A stretch of DNA of 63,282 nt, counting the filler, from Chthonomonadaceae bacterium (GTDB taxonomy: Bacteria > Armatimonadota > Chthonomonadetes > Chthonomonadales > Chthonomonadaceae): NCBI GenBank assembly GCA_035650735.1. It is 4 parts of 4 records of this genome, joined end to end, with 100 filler letters (N's around TTAATTAATTAA, not from the genome) between each part and the next. Parts side by side here need not be neighbours in the genome. Positions count along the whole stretch, not along the records: positions 1 to 22,002 come from DASRGZ010000165.1; positions 22,103 to 52,145 come from DASRGZ010000174.1; 2 more parts are not named here. One strand, written 5' to 3'. Shown piece after piece: positions 18,557 through 28,865 of this stretch. Numbering within the stretch: position 1 is the stretch's first letter; the number at the start of each line of letters is the position of its first letter. Under the pieces are notes generated by a model, which was not told the origin of the DNA, made no database searches, and was given only the letters and a program-made list of their open reading frames with translations. Both the position numbers and the translations under genes were made by a program.

Positions 18557-20311
18557 TCACCGTGCCGCGACCGGCGCGGGCGGAGCCGACTCTGACTTGA
18601 CCGCCGGATCGCCTTCCCGCAGGGCGATATAGCGATCCGCCGTCAGATTCTTGTAGGTATCCGTATGGCCGCTCGGCCAGCGCACGGTCAGGACATCTAC
18701 CCGTTTCGCTCGGTCCAGCCCGAAGTGTACGCGCCGGTCGGAAGCGGAAAGATACGAGCCGCAGGTCTGGCACTGCTGGATCAGTGCCCGCTTGCCTATC
18801 TTCGCCGTCAGCACGGCCCCATAGCCGTCCCGGTTGCTTTTCGTCCCTACCAGCCGCACTCCCAGCCAATGCCCTGTGGCGCTGCACTCATTATGCAGCA
18901 GCAGCGGCCTGCCCTCCGAGTCGACAATGAGAACATCCACGCGCCCATCGTTGTCGTAGTCCCCGACGGCCAGGCCCCGCCCGACAATCGGGCGCATCAG
19001 ATCGGGAGAGGTCTGATCGGCCTCCTCATAACCGGGATACTTTCCGCTCCTATTGTGAAATAGCTGCGTGGGCTGGCGGTAGGTCGAGAGATGGTCAACC
19101 TCGTGAATGTTATCCTGCACGTGGCCGTTGGCGAGGATAATATCGAGCCGGCCATCGTTATCGTAGTCGAAGAACTTACAGCCGAACGCGACATAGGGAA
19201 CGCCGGCGCTGCCGATCCCCATTTGGAAGCCTCTGTCGCTGAACTGTCCCTGTCCGTCATTATGATAGAGCGAGCGCGGTTCGCCCTGGAAGGTCGCGAC
19301 CAACAGATCGAATTTGCCGTCGTTATCGTAGTCGCCCCAATCCAGGCCCATGCCGCCGTGCGTGTTGCCTTCGCGGTCATAGGCGGTGCCGGACGATTCG
19401 CCGAGATTGGTGTAACGGACTTGCGGGCCGTGCGGATCAGGTCGTAACAGGTCGCCGGGCAGCTCATCGTTGGCAAGAGCCAGGCTTGGCCGTCCGCTGC
19501 CATCGTAATCGGCGAAGGCCACACCTAGCCCACGCCCCTGCACCGCTGCCGCACCGCTGGCCTGGGTGATGTCCGTAAAATGGCCGTGTCCGTCGTTTTG
19601 ATAGAGGACGCCGGGGAGAGGCTTGTATTGTTTGGGGCCGCAGGAGGTCTCTACATCATGCTGCATGCAGAGTAACGGGCCGACATCGAGGCTGAAATCT
19701 GCATAATTGGCCATGTAGAGGTCCAGACGCCCGGAGCCGGGCACGGTTTCCGCAAAGGCGCAGGAAGTGCCCCAGGGCTGAGGCTTGAGACCGGCCTCCT
19801 GAGTTATATCCCGGAATGTCCGCCCGCCTTCGTTATGCAGCAATAGGGCCTCGCGATAGCCGCTGATGTAGACATCATCATAGCCGTCGCCATCCACATC
19901 CCCAACCGCACAGCCCAGGAAGCGACCGGAGAACTTCTCCAGTCCGGCAGCCGCCGTCACATCGGTAAAGTGACCTTTGCCGTCGCCTTTGTAGAGAGCC
20001 AGTTTGGGACCGACCAGCAGGAGGTCGAGGTTGCCGTCGTTATCATAGTCCAGGAAGGCACAGCCATTGCCGATGGTCTGGAGGATATTCAAGGGCCGCT
20101 TGCCTTCAATTGTCCATTGATAGTGAATGCCTGTCGTATTAGCGACATCTACAAAGCGTACGGTCTTCGCTGCCTCGGTGAAATGGGCGTAAGTCCGCAT
20201 CATATAGCGAAACTTCGGTGGGTCTTCGCGGGCCGGGCCGTAAGCATGATGACAGCCAATCAGCAAAGGTAAGCAAGCGAGACCTACGAACCGGCGCTTC
20301 CATCCTGCCAT
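18557..20311 (-). CDS. Second CRTAC1-family lipoprotein (FG-GAP plus ASPIC/UnbV)
   Basis: Lipobox LIGC; DYDNDG repeats; VHFGL..VRWPSG. Confidence 0.9.
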   Translation of the reverse strand: MAGWKRRFVGLACLPLLIGCHHAYGPAREDPPKFRYMMRTYAHFTEAAKTVRFVDVANTTGIHYQWTIEGKRPLNILQTIGNGCAFLDYDNDGNLDLLLVGPKLALYKGDGKGHFTDVTAAAGLEKFSGRFLGCAVGDVDGDGYDDVYISGYREALLLHNEGGRTFRDITQEAGLKPQPWGTSCAFAETVPGSGRLDLYMANYADFSLDVGPLLCMQHDVETSCGPKQYKPLPGVLYQNDGHGHFTDITQASGAAAVQGRGLGVAFADYDGSGRPSLALANDELPGDLLRPDPHGPQVRYTNLGESSGTAYDREGNTHGGMGLDWGDYDNDGKFDLLVATFQGEPRSLYHNDGQGQFSDRGFQMGIGSAGVPYVAFGCKFFDYDNDGRLDIILANGHVQDNIHEVDHLSTYRQPTQLFHNRSGKYPGYEEADQTSPDLMRPIVGRGLAVGDYDNDGRVDVLIVDSEGRPLLLHNECSATGHWLGVRLVGTKSNRDGYGAVLTAKIGKRALIQQCQTCGSYLSASDRRVHFGLDRAKRVDVLTVRWPSGHTDTYKNLTADRYIALREGDPAVKSESAPPAPVAAR

Positions 20312-20426
20312 ACAAAAGTAACTTTCCAAAGCCTAGAGTGGGTGGATAGATAGACATAAAGCAAGGGAGCAACACCGCTGTGGGTACGCATGCATTGCTC
20401 CCCGGAACAGGCGAAACCTTACCTGG

Positions 20427-20771
20427 CTATTGTGTGGAACTGCCTGATGGCTGCTGCGGCATGCCCGGCATGTGGGGGGGAACGCCCGACAGACGAGGGG
20501 CGCGTCCCTTCTTAGCCTGTTCCTGCCACTCTTTGGTGTTGTAGGGGTACAGATCCGGATAGCCGGGGAGCGGCGGCACCTTAGTCACTATGGTAGCAGG
20601 CTTAACCACCGGGTTGACATACGAGTGGTACATAAAGACCATGAAGAGAACAACAACAACCGCCGCGCCAATGAGGAGCGGCATGGTCAGTTGTCTGGGT
20701 TCACCGGACGCGCGCTGCGTCGGCTTGTTCGGCCCCGCAGGCTTGCTGTCCTTGTTGACCATATACGGCAT
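20427..20771 (-). CDS. Small single-pass membrane protein
   Basis: TM LLIGAAVVVVLFMVFMY, Pro-rich tail, AAGGGG RBS. Confidence 0.65.
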   Translation of the reverse strand: MPYMVNKDSKPAGPNKPTQRASGEPRQLTMPLLIGAAVVVVLFMVFMYHSYVNPVVKPATIVTKVPPLPGYPDLYPYNTKEWQEQAKKGRAPRLSGVPPHMPGMPQQPSGSSTQ

Positions 20772-20975
20772 TCGAGTCCCCCTTGCGCGACACAGGCTTG
20801 CCGCGTGAGCGAATGGCTTGTCTCTGGCGAAGCAGAGGGCGCGAGCGTTGTTCTGCCCGCGCCATTGTTCAATGCTTCCTCTACGCTTCAGAAAAGGTCG
20901 GGAAGCCGACGCCGCCTGGCTTGCGCTGTCCGGCGTTCGGCCTCCCTCTCAGCATTGTCTGGAACGGTACGAAAA

Positions 20976-21862
20976 CTACTCCGAAGACGCCGTCCACTCC
21001 TTCATCGTCGTGGTTCGCTTGGTCTTCACATGGCCGTCTACGTAGAGATAGTTGCCCGTTTGATTGTGCAGGTGAACCGCACGATCCAGACAGGGGTAGA
21101 CTTCGCCGTAGCAGTCCGTGCCGTCATCGGTCTTCACGCCCCACGAGATCGAGGCGGCGAAACCCGGCCCGTTGTAAGCGTGCGCCATCTTCCGGTTGGC
21201 GACGTAGCCGGGCGGGTTAAATGGATAAGCCTTCTGCTCCAGCGAGAGGTTATCCAGGCTAGATGAGGATCCGGATATGCTTGGCGGGTAACCCATGTTG
21301 TAGTGGGCGCCGATTCCGACATCGCCTTCGCCAAACAGGATGCTCTCGCCGGGATGGCCGACCTTCGCCAGCTTTGTGCCGGTCGCGCAGCCCCAACCCC
21401 AGCTCTGCTTGGCGGGGTCCTGGCCGCAGAGGAATTCGCCTAACGCGCCCTCCTCCTGAACCGGATCGTTGTGTACATAGGCCTGGGTCAGACCGTAAGT
21501 AACGGAGCCCCAGCCGGATTCACCGCCCCACTCTGCACCATAGTCGGTCAGGAAGTTATTGACCGTCGGGCAGGCGAACACGGCCCGGTTGCCCTTTGTG
21601 CGGTTCCTGCCGTAGCCGTCGCTGCCGGCCTTCACGTAGGGGTAAACCAGGTCGGGCCAGTAAGCGCCCCAGTTGATGCCGGTGAACGGCGCACGGTAAT
21701 TCTGATCCACGATGGGGAAGTCGCCCGCGATGAGGTTGCTCTTAACCCACAACGGGGTGCCAATCTCGTCGTAATCCTGAGCATACATAGCCCAGGCATT
21801 ACCGATCTGCTTCAGGTTGCTGATGCACATGGTCTGCCGCGCCTTTTCACGGGCCTGTGCAA
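20976..21862 (-). pseudogene. DUF1559 / prepilin-type H-X9-DG protein, cut off from its N-terminus by an IS
   Basis: AQAREKARQTMCISNLKQIG..MYAQDYDE; H-NQTGNYLYV-DG at the C-terminus; the pilin-like N-terminal helix is replaced by unrelated sequence at 21863. Confidence 0.85.
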
Positions 21863-22002
21863 CTTTAGTTTCCGGTAAATCAGGCCGCCTTTCGGAGTTC
21901 GGGCGACATTGTCGAGACTTTACGGCGGCGATGCGCCTTCACCCCTTTGGGCAAGTGGGCCGTCACGCTTTCCTTTTTGCGAAATTGACCTTCCGACAAG
22001 GG
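21863..22002 (-). mobile_element. 3' end of a putative IS (IS4-superfamily-like) at the contig edge
   Basis: Basic ORF tail RKKESVTAHLPKGVKAHRRRK..AA* followed by TTACCGGAAACTAAAG abutting the broken gene; the contig ends inside it. Confidence 0.55.
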
Positions 22003-22102
22003 NNNNNNNNNNNNNNNNNNNNNNNNNNNNNNNNNNNNNNNNNNNNTTAATTAATTAANNNNNNNNNNNNNNNNNNNNNNNNNNNNNNNNNNNNNNNNNN
22101 NN
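22003..22102. other. Artificial contig spacer
   Basis: N-run with central TTAATTAATTAA. Confidence 0.99.
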
Positions 22103-22843
22103 CGAGTAATCGCTTGGATCAGGCCGGTTGAAATGCATCGGCTCCTTGAGGGCGACGGGCGGATTGGTCAGGAAGCGGGGCTTGCCCGATAGGTTCTGAG
22201 AGGAGGCGTGCAGGATGTAGGGATGCAGCAGGACGATGTCGCCAATGCGGCCCGTGACCTCGATAAAATCGCGGCACTCCTGGACCAAGCTGCCAAAGTT
22301 GAACTCGCTCAGGATCGTGCCTTCCGGGTGATCCCGCAGGTAGCGGGCCACCGGCGCCACGGAATCGCAGGCCACGAACGTTCCCCCGCCCTGATGCGCG
22401 ACATCCGACCAGAAGACCAGGGTGAGCAGTCCTTGCTCCGGACTATCCAGGAAATGCCGGAAGAACCCGCCATCCTTGTGCCAGCCGGGAGACTGCGCGG
22501 AGGGAGGCTGCCAGGGCTGGTCGGCGCGAATGTGAAAGTTGACAATGAACCCATCGCTGAGATGGCAGGGTTTGACGCGCTCCTCGCCCCCCAGCAGCTC
22601 GCAGGCCGCCGCCCACGCTTTGGGCGCAAAGGTTTCCATTGGGAAGAACTCGACGTTGGGCATATGGATCCGCGCCTGCTTCCAGGTCGTCGGGTCGTCC
22701 GGGTCGTAGCCCAGCCGGGTAAAGGCATGGGCGGTCAGGCGCTCGGCGACTTCGCGCGGGAAACAATCGTGCAGAATGATATAGCCGCGAGCTAAGAACT
22801 GCTCTCTCTGTGCCTCGGTAAGAAATCGGTAGCGGATCGGCAT
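22103..22843 (-). CDS. Phytanoyl-CoA dioxygenase-like (Fe/2OG) protein, 5' part
   Basis: FLARGYIIL, WHKDG, GGGT, LHASSQN..R; continues at 58539-58830. Confidence 0.8.
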
Positions 22844-22944
22844 CGGCGCGCTCCTGAAGGGAAGGTTCTGGGTCGTGTTAAAGCAACCTGCTGCACGACA
22901 GGCTTATATTGGTCAGCGCCAGCCAAATCCCTGCCGAGTGCGAT

Positions 22945-24780
22945 TTAGCGTTTGGGCGTCGTGGCGCTTGCTGTATTCGAATAGCTGGAGTAGCCCGCGC
23001 CGTTATGCGAACGAACGCGATAGTAGTAGGTTGTTTGGCGTGCCAGGCCGGCATTTGCGTAGCTGGTCGTGGTGCCGCTAACCGTGGCGATCTGGCTGAA
23101 GTTAATCCCATCCAGTGACCGCTCGATATAGACGCCATCCTGATTGGTGGTGTTGTTTATCCAGGCCAGATTGATCTGCTTGACGGAGACTGCCGTTGCC
23201 GTTAGATTGCTGGGGGCCGCAGGGATGGCAGCGGGTATGGCGCTGGCCTCATTGGAGGGGGAGCTCTGCGCGCCAGCGCTGTTGACGGCGGTTACCTGGT
23301 AATAGTAGGTTGTGCCGTTGGTGACGCCGGTATCGGTGAAGCTCGCTGTCGTTACCCCGGTACGATAGGGCGTCTGGCCTTCCGCACCAGAGGCCGTGGC
23401 GCGGTAGATGTTATAAGAGACGGCTCCCAGGCTGGACTGCCATGACAGGCTGACCTGACCGTTGCCAGCCGTTGCCGTTAGATTCAGGGGCACGCCGGGA
23501 GCGGTGGAGGTGCCTGCCGCTTGCAGCGCCTTATAGACGTTGATGCGGCCTGCGCCGGCGGCAAGCGTGCGGCCCTGGTAGGGAGTATAGGGGTCCACTT
23601 TGGAAGTGATCAAGCTGTTGATCTGGCTATTGGGCAGAGTCGGGTTCTGGGACAGTATCAGGGCGGCCTCCCCGGAAACATGCGGGCAGGCCATCGAGGT
23701 GCCGGAGAGATAGCCGTAGTTGGTGCCGAAGTTTCCTCTTGCGGGATAGGTCGGCAGGGTGGAATAGATGCTATCGCTGGCGGTGTTGGCGCCGCCGGGC
23801 GCAGCCACTTTGACCCAGGAGCCATAGTTGCTATAGGAAGCCAACGTGTCCGTTCTATCTGTGGCGGCAACCGAGATGACGTTGGCGTAGCCTGCCGGGT
23901 AACTTGGGGACGAGCTACTGCTATTGCCTGCGGCAGCGACGAGGACACAGCCCTTTTTCCAGGCATATTGGACCGCATTGGACAGGGTAGACGAGCTAGT
24001 GCCGCCCAGGCTTAAGCTGATGATCTTGGCGCCATGATCGGCGGCCCAGGTGATTCCATTGGCGACATTGGCGCTTGTCCCTGATCCGGTGCTATCCAGC
24101 ACTTTGACGGGCATCAGAAGCGTATAGCCTGGATCAAAAGCGCTTGCCTGCGCGTTCCAGCCGGCAATGCCGGTACTGTTATTGATCTCCGCCGCCGCAA
24201 TGCCGGCGCAGTGGGTGCCGTGCCCGTTATCATCCGTGGCGTTGCCTGTCCCGGCAAGCACGTTATAGCCAATCGCGACGCCGGAGGCATCCCGGTACAC
24301 TTTGTCGCGCAGGTCGGGGTGGTTTGTATCGATCCCTGTATCCACAATGGCAATAATCACCTGCGCCGCTGGCTGCCATATATTCCAGGCCAGATCCGCC
24401 TGGACTTTCTGGGGGCCATATTGATAGGTAGCAAAATAGGGATCATTGGGCGTGGCATCGGCATACAGGATATAGTTGGGCTCAGCATAGACGACGGCAG
24501 GGCGCTGTTGGAGGCTGGCGATGGCCGCCTCCAGGGATAGGCCCGGCCGCAGCTTGAGTCGAAAAGCGTGCAGATCCCTCTGGTGGCCGACCACCTGTCC
24601 GGCCACGTTTTCGAGTTCCGCTGCGACATCCTCTGTATCATTTTCTGCACGTACCCCCACGAGCACTTCTCCAGGGACAGCCGGAGGCGGCTCCTCCGCG
24701 AGGGCATGGAGAGGCTGGAAGGACCAGAAGGTGAGGCAGGCGAGCAAGCAGGAAATACGGAGTAGCTTCGGCGATAGCAT
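22945..24780 (-). CDS. Secreted S8 subtilisin/thermitase-like serine protease with two FN3 domains
   Basis: IVDTG, HGTHCAG, AAAGN, SGTSMACP; C-terminal FN3 repeats. Confidence 0.93.
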   Translation of the reverse strand: MLSPKLLRISCLLACLTFWSFQPLHALAEEPPPAVPGEVLVGVRAENDTEDVAAELENVAGQVVGHQRDLHAFRLKLRPGLSLEAAIASLQQRPAVVYAEPNYILYADATPNDPYFATYQYGPQKVQADLAWNIWQPAAQVIIAIVDTGIDTNHPDLRDKVYRDASGVAIGYNVLAGTGNATDDNGHGTHCAGIAAAEINNSTGIAGWNAQASAFDPGYTLLMPVKVLDSTGSGTSANVANGITWAADHGAKIISLSLGGTSSSTLSNAVQYAWKKGCVLVAAAGNSSSSSPSYPAGYANVISVAATDRTDTLASYSNYGSWVKVAAPGGANTASDSIYSTLPTYPARGNFGTNYGYLSGTSMACPHVSGEAALILSQNPTLPNSQINSLITSKVDPYTPYQGRTLAAGAGRINVYKALQAAGTSTAPGVPLNLTATAGNGQVSLSWQSSLGAVSYNIYRATASGAEGQTPYRTGVTTASFTDTGVTNGTTYYYQVTAVNSAGAQSSPSNEASAIPAAIPAAPSNLTATAVSVKQINLAWINNTTNQDGVYIERSLDGINFSQIATVSGTTTSYANAGLARQTTYYYRVRSHNGAGYSSYSNTASATTPKR

Positions 24781-25054
24781 AGGCAGACGCTCCTGATTAG
24801 TAGGGAGGCTTGGCGGGAAAGAGAATGGGGGTCGCGCTTATCACGTCAGAGTCGGGAGTGCTCTCTCCATACCCGCTGGATGCTAAGCAGGCGATGCAAG
24901 GAAGATGCCACGACGACCGGCACCGTCCGGAGTCAGGCAAAACAGGTATCCTTCTGGAATGGTGATCGGCGTGGTTTGAACCAAACGAAGGAAGACCTCC
25001 TGTTTCCCAATTGGAAGACAGGAGGCTCGGTTGTGCGCAACGATTAAGGAAGCG

Positions 25055-25849
25055 TTAGCGGCGGCGCAGACGGCGGCAGGTGTAGGCGAAGCTACCCGCT
25101 CCAATACCGACCAGGAAGGCCAGAGCGCCTGGCTCCGGCACATCGGACGTGGGCGGCGGATTGTTTTCCGTGGTGATAGGGGGGGTCACGACGCTGAGGG
25201 AGCCGGCAGGCAGCTCAAAAGAGCCGGCCTGCGTCTGATACTTGACCGCAAACGTATCGAGGGTCACCAGAGGAGTCAGGCCGAAATTGCCGGCCAGGTC
25301 GAGCGTGAACGTATCCGTCTGGCCTCCGCTCTGCAGCCCCTGGTTGATGTTGCCGCCGTTGAGGTTATTGGCGGCGTAGGCGCCCACATCAATGTTCTTG
25401 AAGCCGCCGGGAAAGGTCTGGTTGGGGCCGTTGCCTGTCGAAGCGCCATCAAAGATGGCGCCCGGCACGGCGATGGAGACGACGGCGTTCGGGGTGGCGT
25501 TGATCCCCAGCGACATCAGCGCCGCCTGGAACGCGGCGCTGGTGGTATTGGTCAGCGTGACGTTTAACCGCAGGTCGCTGGAGTTGAAGCTGGTGACGGT
25601 GAAGGTGCCCGTCGCTTTGAGATCGGTGCTGATGCCGCTGGCCGTGGTGGGAAGCAGCCAGTTAGCCATAAAGGACTGCCCGACGTCCCCGGAGTTTAGG
25701 GTGACGGTGGGCAGCGTTTGGTAAATGGCCGGGTTACCCAATGGCGTGCTCACGGAAAGGGAGCCGATATTGATCGCCTCGGCGGATTGTGCGGAGGCCA
25801 GGGCGGCCAGGCAGAGCAGCGCAGCGCAAACGCGATAGCGAGAAAACAT
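25055..25849 (-). CDS. PEP-CTERM sorting-domain protein
   Basis: Signal peptide; C-terminal VPEPGALAFLVGIG..RRLRRR. Confidence 0.88.
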   Translation of the reverse strand: MFSRYRVCAALLCLAALASAQSAEAINIGSLSVSTPLGNPAIYQTLPTVTLNSGDVGQSFMANWLLPTTASGISTDLKATGTFTVTSFNSSDLRLNVTLTNTTSAAFQAALMSLGINATPNAVVSIAVPGAIFDGASTGNGPNQTFPGGFKNIDVGAYAANNLNGGNINQGLQSGGQTDTFTLDLAGNFGLTPLVTLDTFAVKYQTQAGSFELPAGSLSVVTPPITTENNPPPTSDVPEPGALAFLVGIGAGSFAYTCRRLRRR

Positions 25850-26098
25850 GGATCCTCCTCTCCTGCCAGGGCAGCAGCGGGCCAAAGGGACATTCTTTCT
25901 TGTGTTCAGACACTCCCCCGCAACGGCAGCAGACTTTATTGCAAGCCTAAGGGGGGTATCCTGTCTCTTGCCCGGACGCTCCTCTCAAGAAATCAACTGA
26001 GAGAGTCGGCAGGATTACGGTCACTATTATGGGGAGGAGCAGGCAGAAGATTACTCTCAAAGATGCGGGAAGAGAATCACCAAGCACAAGCGGAAAAC

Positions 26099-26127
26099 TT
26101 GACAGTCTGCCTGGAAAGCATTATAAT
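26099..26127 (+). promoter_or_regulatory. Consensus sigma70 promoter of the membrane operon
   Basis: TTGACA-N17-TATAAT exact consensus. Confidence 0.85.
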
Positions 26128-26244
26128 CGCGTCAGTCTCGCTGTTGCCAGTTTGAAGGAAACGCCGAGGCCAATCAGAAACGGCTTTTCTGGCCACTGGC
26201 CACTAGCCACTGCCTCGCTGTTGCCTGTCTCCAGGGAAACGCCG

Positions 26245-26742
26245 ATGCCGCCCCCTCCGTCCGAACCGACGCGCGCTGATGCCGGAATTATGCTCACGTG
26301 GCGGGTGCACCTGCTGCGTCGTGAGCCGCACAAGCTGCCCGGCCTGCTGGCCGTCCTGATCATTGCCGTCGTCTGCGTCTGGCTGATGTTCGGGCAGGCG
26401 CTGACGGCGCTGGTGGCGGCGCTGCTGCTGCTCGGAGCTAGCAGCGACTTTCTGCTTCCGATTACCTACCGTATCACCGAGGAGGGCGTCTTCGCCGATG
26501 GGCTTACCAGTCGCCTGGCCCTGCGCTGGAAGGAGACGCGCCGCTGCCTGCGCGAGCCGTTGGGCGTGACCCTCTCGCCGCTGAGTAAGCCGTCACGCCT
26601 GGATGCCTTTCGGGGTGTCACGCTGCGCTTTGCGCCGGAGGGCGAACCGGGCGACCGGGAGTCCGTGCTGGCGGCCATCGCCCGCTTTGCGCCGTCCCTG
26701 CTTTACCCGGCCGGAGAGACGCCGCAGGAGGCTATAGGCTAA
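26245..26742 (+). CDS. Hypothetical membrane protein (2 TM plus soluble domain)
   Basis: LTWRVHL..two TM helices..FLLPITYRI..SRLDAFRG. Confidence 0.7.
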   Translation: MPPPPSEPTRADAGIMLTWRVHLLRREPHKLPGLLAVLIIAVVCVWLMFGQALTALVAALLLLGASSDFLLPITYRITEEGVFADGLTSRLALRWKETRRCLREPLGVTLSPLSKPSRLDAFRGVTLRFAPEGEPGDRESVLAAIARFAPSLLYPAGETPQEAIG

Positions 26743-26743
26743 T

Positions 26744-27028
26744 ATGCCTGGCTTTGATTGGGATGCAGAACTTCCTGAGGCCGAGCGCGATCAACTGATC
26801 GAGCGCCTGGCGCAGCAGGTGGCGCGGCGCCGGCTGCACGGGCCGGCGGTTCTGCTGCTGGAGATGCACAAGCCGCTTACGTTTCTTGCCAGCCAGTCGC
26901 TTTTGCTCGGCTCCGGGTTTCTCGCGCCGCTATTTGGCCCGCAGAACATCCAGCGCTACTCCAAGCTGCTCGAATCGCGCGAGAATATCGAGCGGCTGAT
27001 TCGGCGCATTGAGGAGTTGGCAACCTGA
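26744..27028 (+). CDS. Small conserved hypothetical protein
   Basis: PAVLLLEMHKPLTFLASQ; 1 nt after the previous stop. Confidence 0.75.
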   Translation: MPGFDWDAELPEAERDQLIERLAQQVARRRLHGPAVLLLEMHKPLTFLASQSLLLGSGFLAPLFGPQNIQRYSKLLESRENIERLIRRIEELAT

Positions 27029-27054
27029 TTCCCTGGAAGCGAAGCCAAGTTCTC

Positions 27055-27205
27055 CCCTCATCCCCGGCCCTTCTCCCTTGGAGGAAGAAGGGAGAGCCGA
27101 AGCCAGCCTTTCCTCTGCCTGCGCAGGCAGGCAGCATGTTTCGCCCACGTAGGTGGGCGACGGGCCGTAGGCCCCCCAGCGGCAGGGTTTAGCCTGCCGG
27201 GAGAC
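27055..27205. repeat. Mosaic palindromic repeat
   Basis: CCCCTCATCCCCGGCCCTTCTCC..GGGAGAG; GCCCACGTAGGTGGGC; CAGCGGCAGGGTTTAGCCTGCCG identical to 14287-14309. Confidence 0.75.
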
Positions 27206-27235
27206 GGGGAGTCAGGTAACTAAGGAAGCGCCCGC

Positions 27236-28012
27236 ATGGAACACGCCAGTCTGACCGTACAGATCCTGCTTCCGCTGATCAGCGTGATTATCGTGGCGAC
27301 CATCCTGATGGCGCGGCGCCGGCAGCTCTTCATCCGCCGTATCCAGGGGTTGACGGCCATTGACGAGGCGATAGGCCGCGCGACGGAGATGGGGCGCCCC
27401 ATGCTCTGCTGTCCGGGCCTGGGCGGCATTGACGTGCCTACGCTCCAGGCGCTCTCTATCATCACTTACATCGTCCGGGCCTCGGCGCGCTTCGGCACGC
27501 GGGTCATCGTGCCTGTGTCCGATCCGACCACGTTCCCCATTATCGAGGAGGCGATTCGGGATGCCTACGTCGCGGAGGGCCGCCCGGAGCAGTTCAACTC
27601 CAACGATATTCGCTTTCTCTCCAATCGCCAGTTCGCCTATGCCGCCTCGGTGGCCGGGCTTATCTGGCGGGAGCAGGTGGCCTCCTGCTTCCTGTTCGGC
27701 CTCTTCTACGCCGAGTCGCTGATCTTCGCGGAGACCGGCCAGCAAGTCGGCGCCATTCAGGTGGCGGGCACGCCCTCCACCACCCAGATCCCCTTCTTCA
27801 TCGCGGCCTGCGATTACGTCATCATCGGCGATGAGTTCTACGCGGCCAGCGCCTACCTGTCGCGGGAGCCGACGCTGCTGGGCAGCCTCGTCGGGCAGGA
27901 CATTTGCAAAGGCATCCTCATCCTCCTGGTCCTCATCGGGGCGGCGCTGGTGTCGCTGGCTCCCCTGATAGGCCCGCCCGCAGGACAGTGGTTCTTCAAA
28001 CTCTTCCAATAG
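27236..28012 (+). CDS. DUF6754-type membrane protein
   Basis: IRRIQGLTAIDEAIGRATEMGRP, FYAESL, QIPFFIAACDY.IIGDEFYAASAYLS. Confidence 0.75.
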   Translation: MEHASLTVQILLPLISVIIVATILMARRRQLFIRRIQGLTAIDEAIGRATEMGRPMLCCPGLGGIDVPTLQALSIITYIVRASARFGTRVIVPVSDPTTFPIIEEAIRDAYVAEGRPEQFNSNDIRFLSNRQFAYAASVAGLIWREQVASCFLFGLFYAESLIFAETGQQVGAIQVAGTPSTTQIPFFIAACDYVIIGDEFYAASAYLSREPTLLGSLVGQDICKGILILLVLIGAALVSLAPLIGPPAGQWFFKLFQ

Positions 28013-28024
28013 GAGCCGAGGCAC

Positions 28025-28822
28025 GTGTTCCAACCGGTGCAGGGGTATAGATGGTACGGCTATATTGCGGGTGCGCTGCTGGTCAGCCTGGTGGTGGTGC
28101 TGATACTCCAGCAGACGCCGCCGCGCTTCCGCAAGCCTCTGATTCGCGCCATCACCCTCCTCGGAGGGCTGTTCTACGCGCTGGAGTTCTTCCTGCCCAC
28201 CCATCCGATGCCCACGCCAGAAGATCCGCAGCGCGTGGGCAACTTCCTCACGCCCTACGTGGTTCCCTTCGGCAACACCAGCGTCATCATCGCTGCGTGG
28301 ACGGTGGGCTTGGGCTTCATCAATCTGGTGCAGGTGCATAGCCGACGCCTCCTGCGCGGCGCGGAGGGAGCGTTCAACAGTGCCGTGCTGCTGATCAGCA
28401 TGGCTGTGATGATCGTCGTCCATATCCTCCAGAAAGTACATCCCAACGCCATCAACAAGAACCTGCACCACTTGCTCTTCGACGGCGCGCTGCAATCGCT
28501 GGATGCGACGATGTTCTCCATCATCGCCTTCTATATCGTCTCGGCAGCCTATCGAGCCTTCCGGGTGCGCTCGGTGGAGGCGACCTTCCTGCTGGTGACG
28601 GCGGTGCTGGTGATGCTGGGGCAGATCATGGTGGCGCAGGCGGTGACGATGCACCTGCCGCATAACCTGCACGTGGAGGTAATCCGCGACTGGATTTTGA
28701 CCAAGGCCAACGCCCCGGCGACGCGCGCTATCGCCTTCGGCCTGGGCATCGGCGGGTTGGCGGTCGCACTGCGCATCTGGCTGGGGCTGGAGCGCGGCAG
28801 CTACTTCGAGGCGCAGGAATAG
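28025..28822 (+). CDS. Uncharacterised polytopic membrane protein
   Basis: About 6-7 TM; TMFSIIAFYIVSAAYRAFRVRSVEA, LRIWLGLER. Confidence 0.8.
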   Translation: MFQPVQGYRWYGYIAGALLVSLVVVLILQQTPPRFRKPLIRAITLLGGLFYALEFFLPTHPMPTPEDPQRVGNFLTPYVVPFGNTSVIIAAWTVGLGFINLVQVHSRRLLRGAEGAFNSAVLLISMAVMIVVHILQKVHPNAINKNLHHLLFDGALQSLDATMFSIIAFYIVSAAYRAFRVRSVEATFLLVTAVLVMLGQIMVAQAVTMHLPHNLHVEVIRDWILTKANAPATRAIAFGLGIGGLAVALRIWLGLERGSYFEAQE

Positions 28823-28865
28823 CGCTGTGTGCAATCCGAATGGAAATGAGTAAAGGGCTCTTCCC

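Noticed and set aside
21860..21868. CAACTTTAG shared with the IS3 end at 52389
   Set aside because: Only 9 bp with different flanks and different ORF tails; treated as coincidence
22003..22102. TTAATTAATTAA motif occurring three times
   Set aside because: Embedded in N-runs; an artificial contig linker, so adjacency across it has no biological meaning
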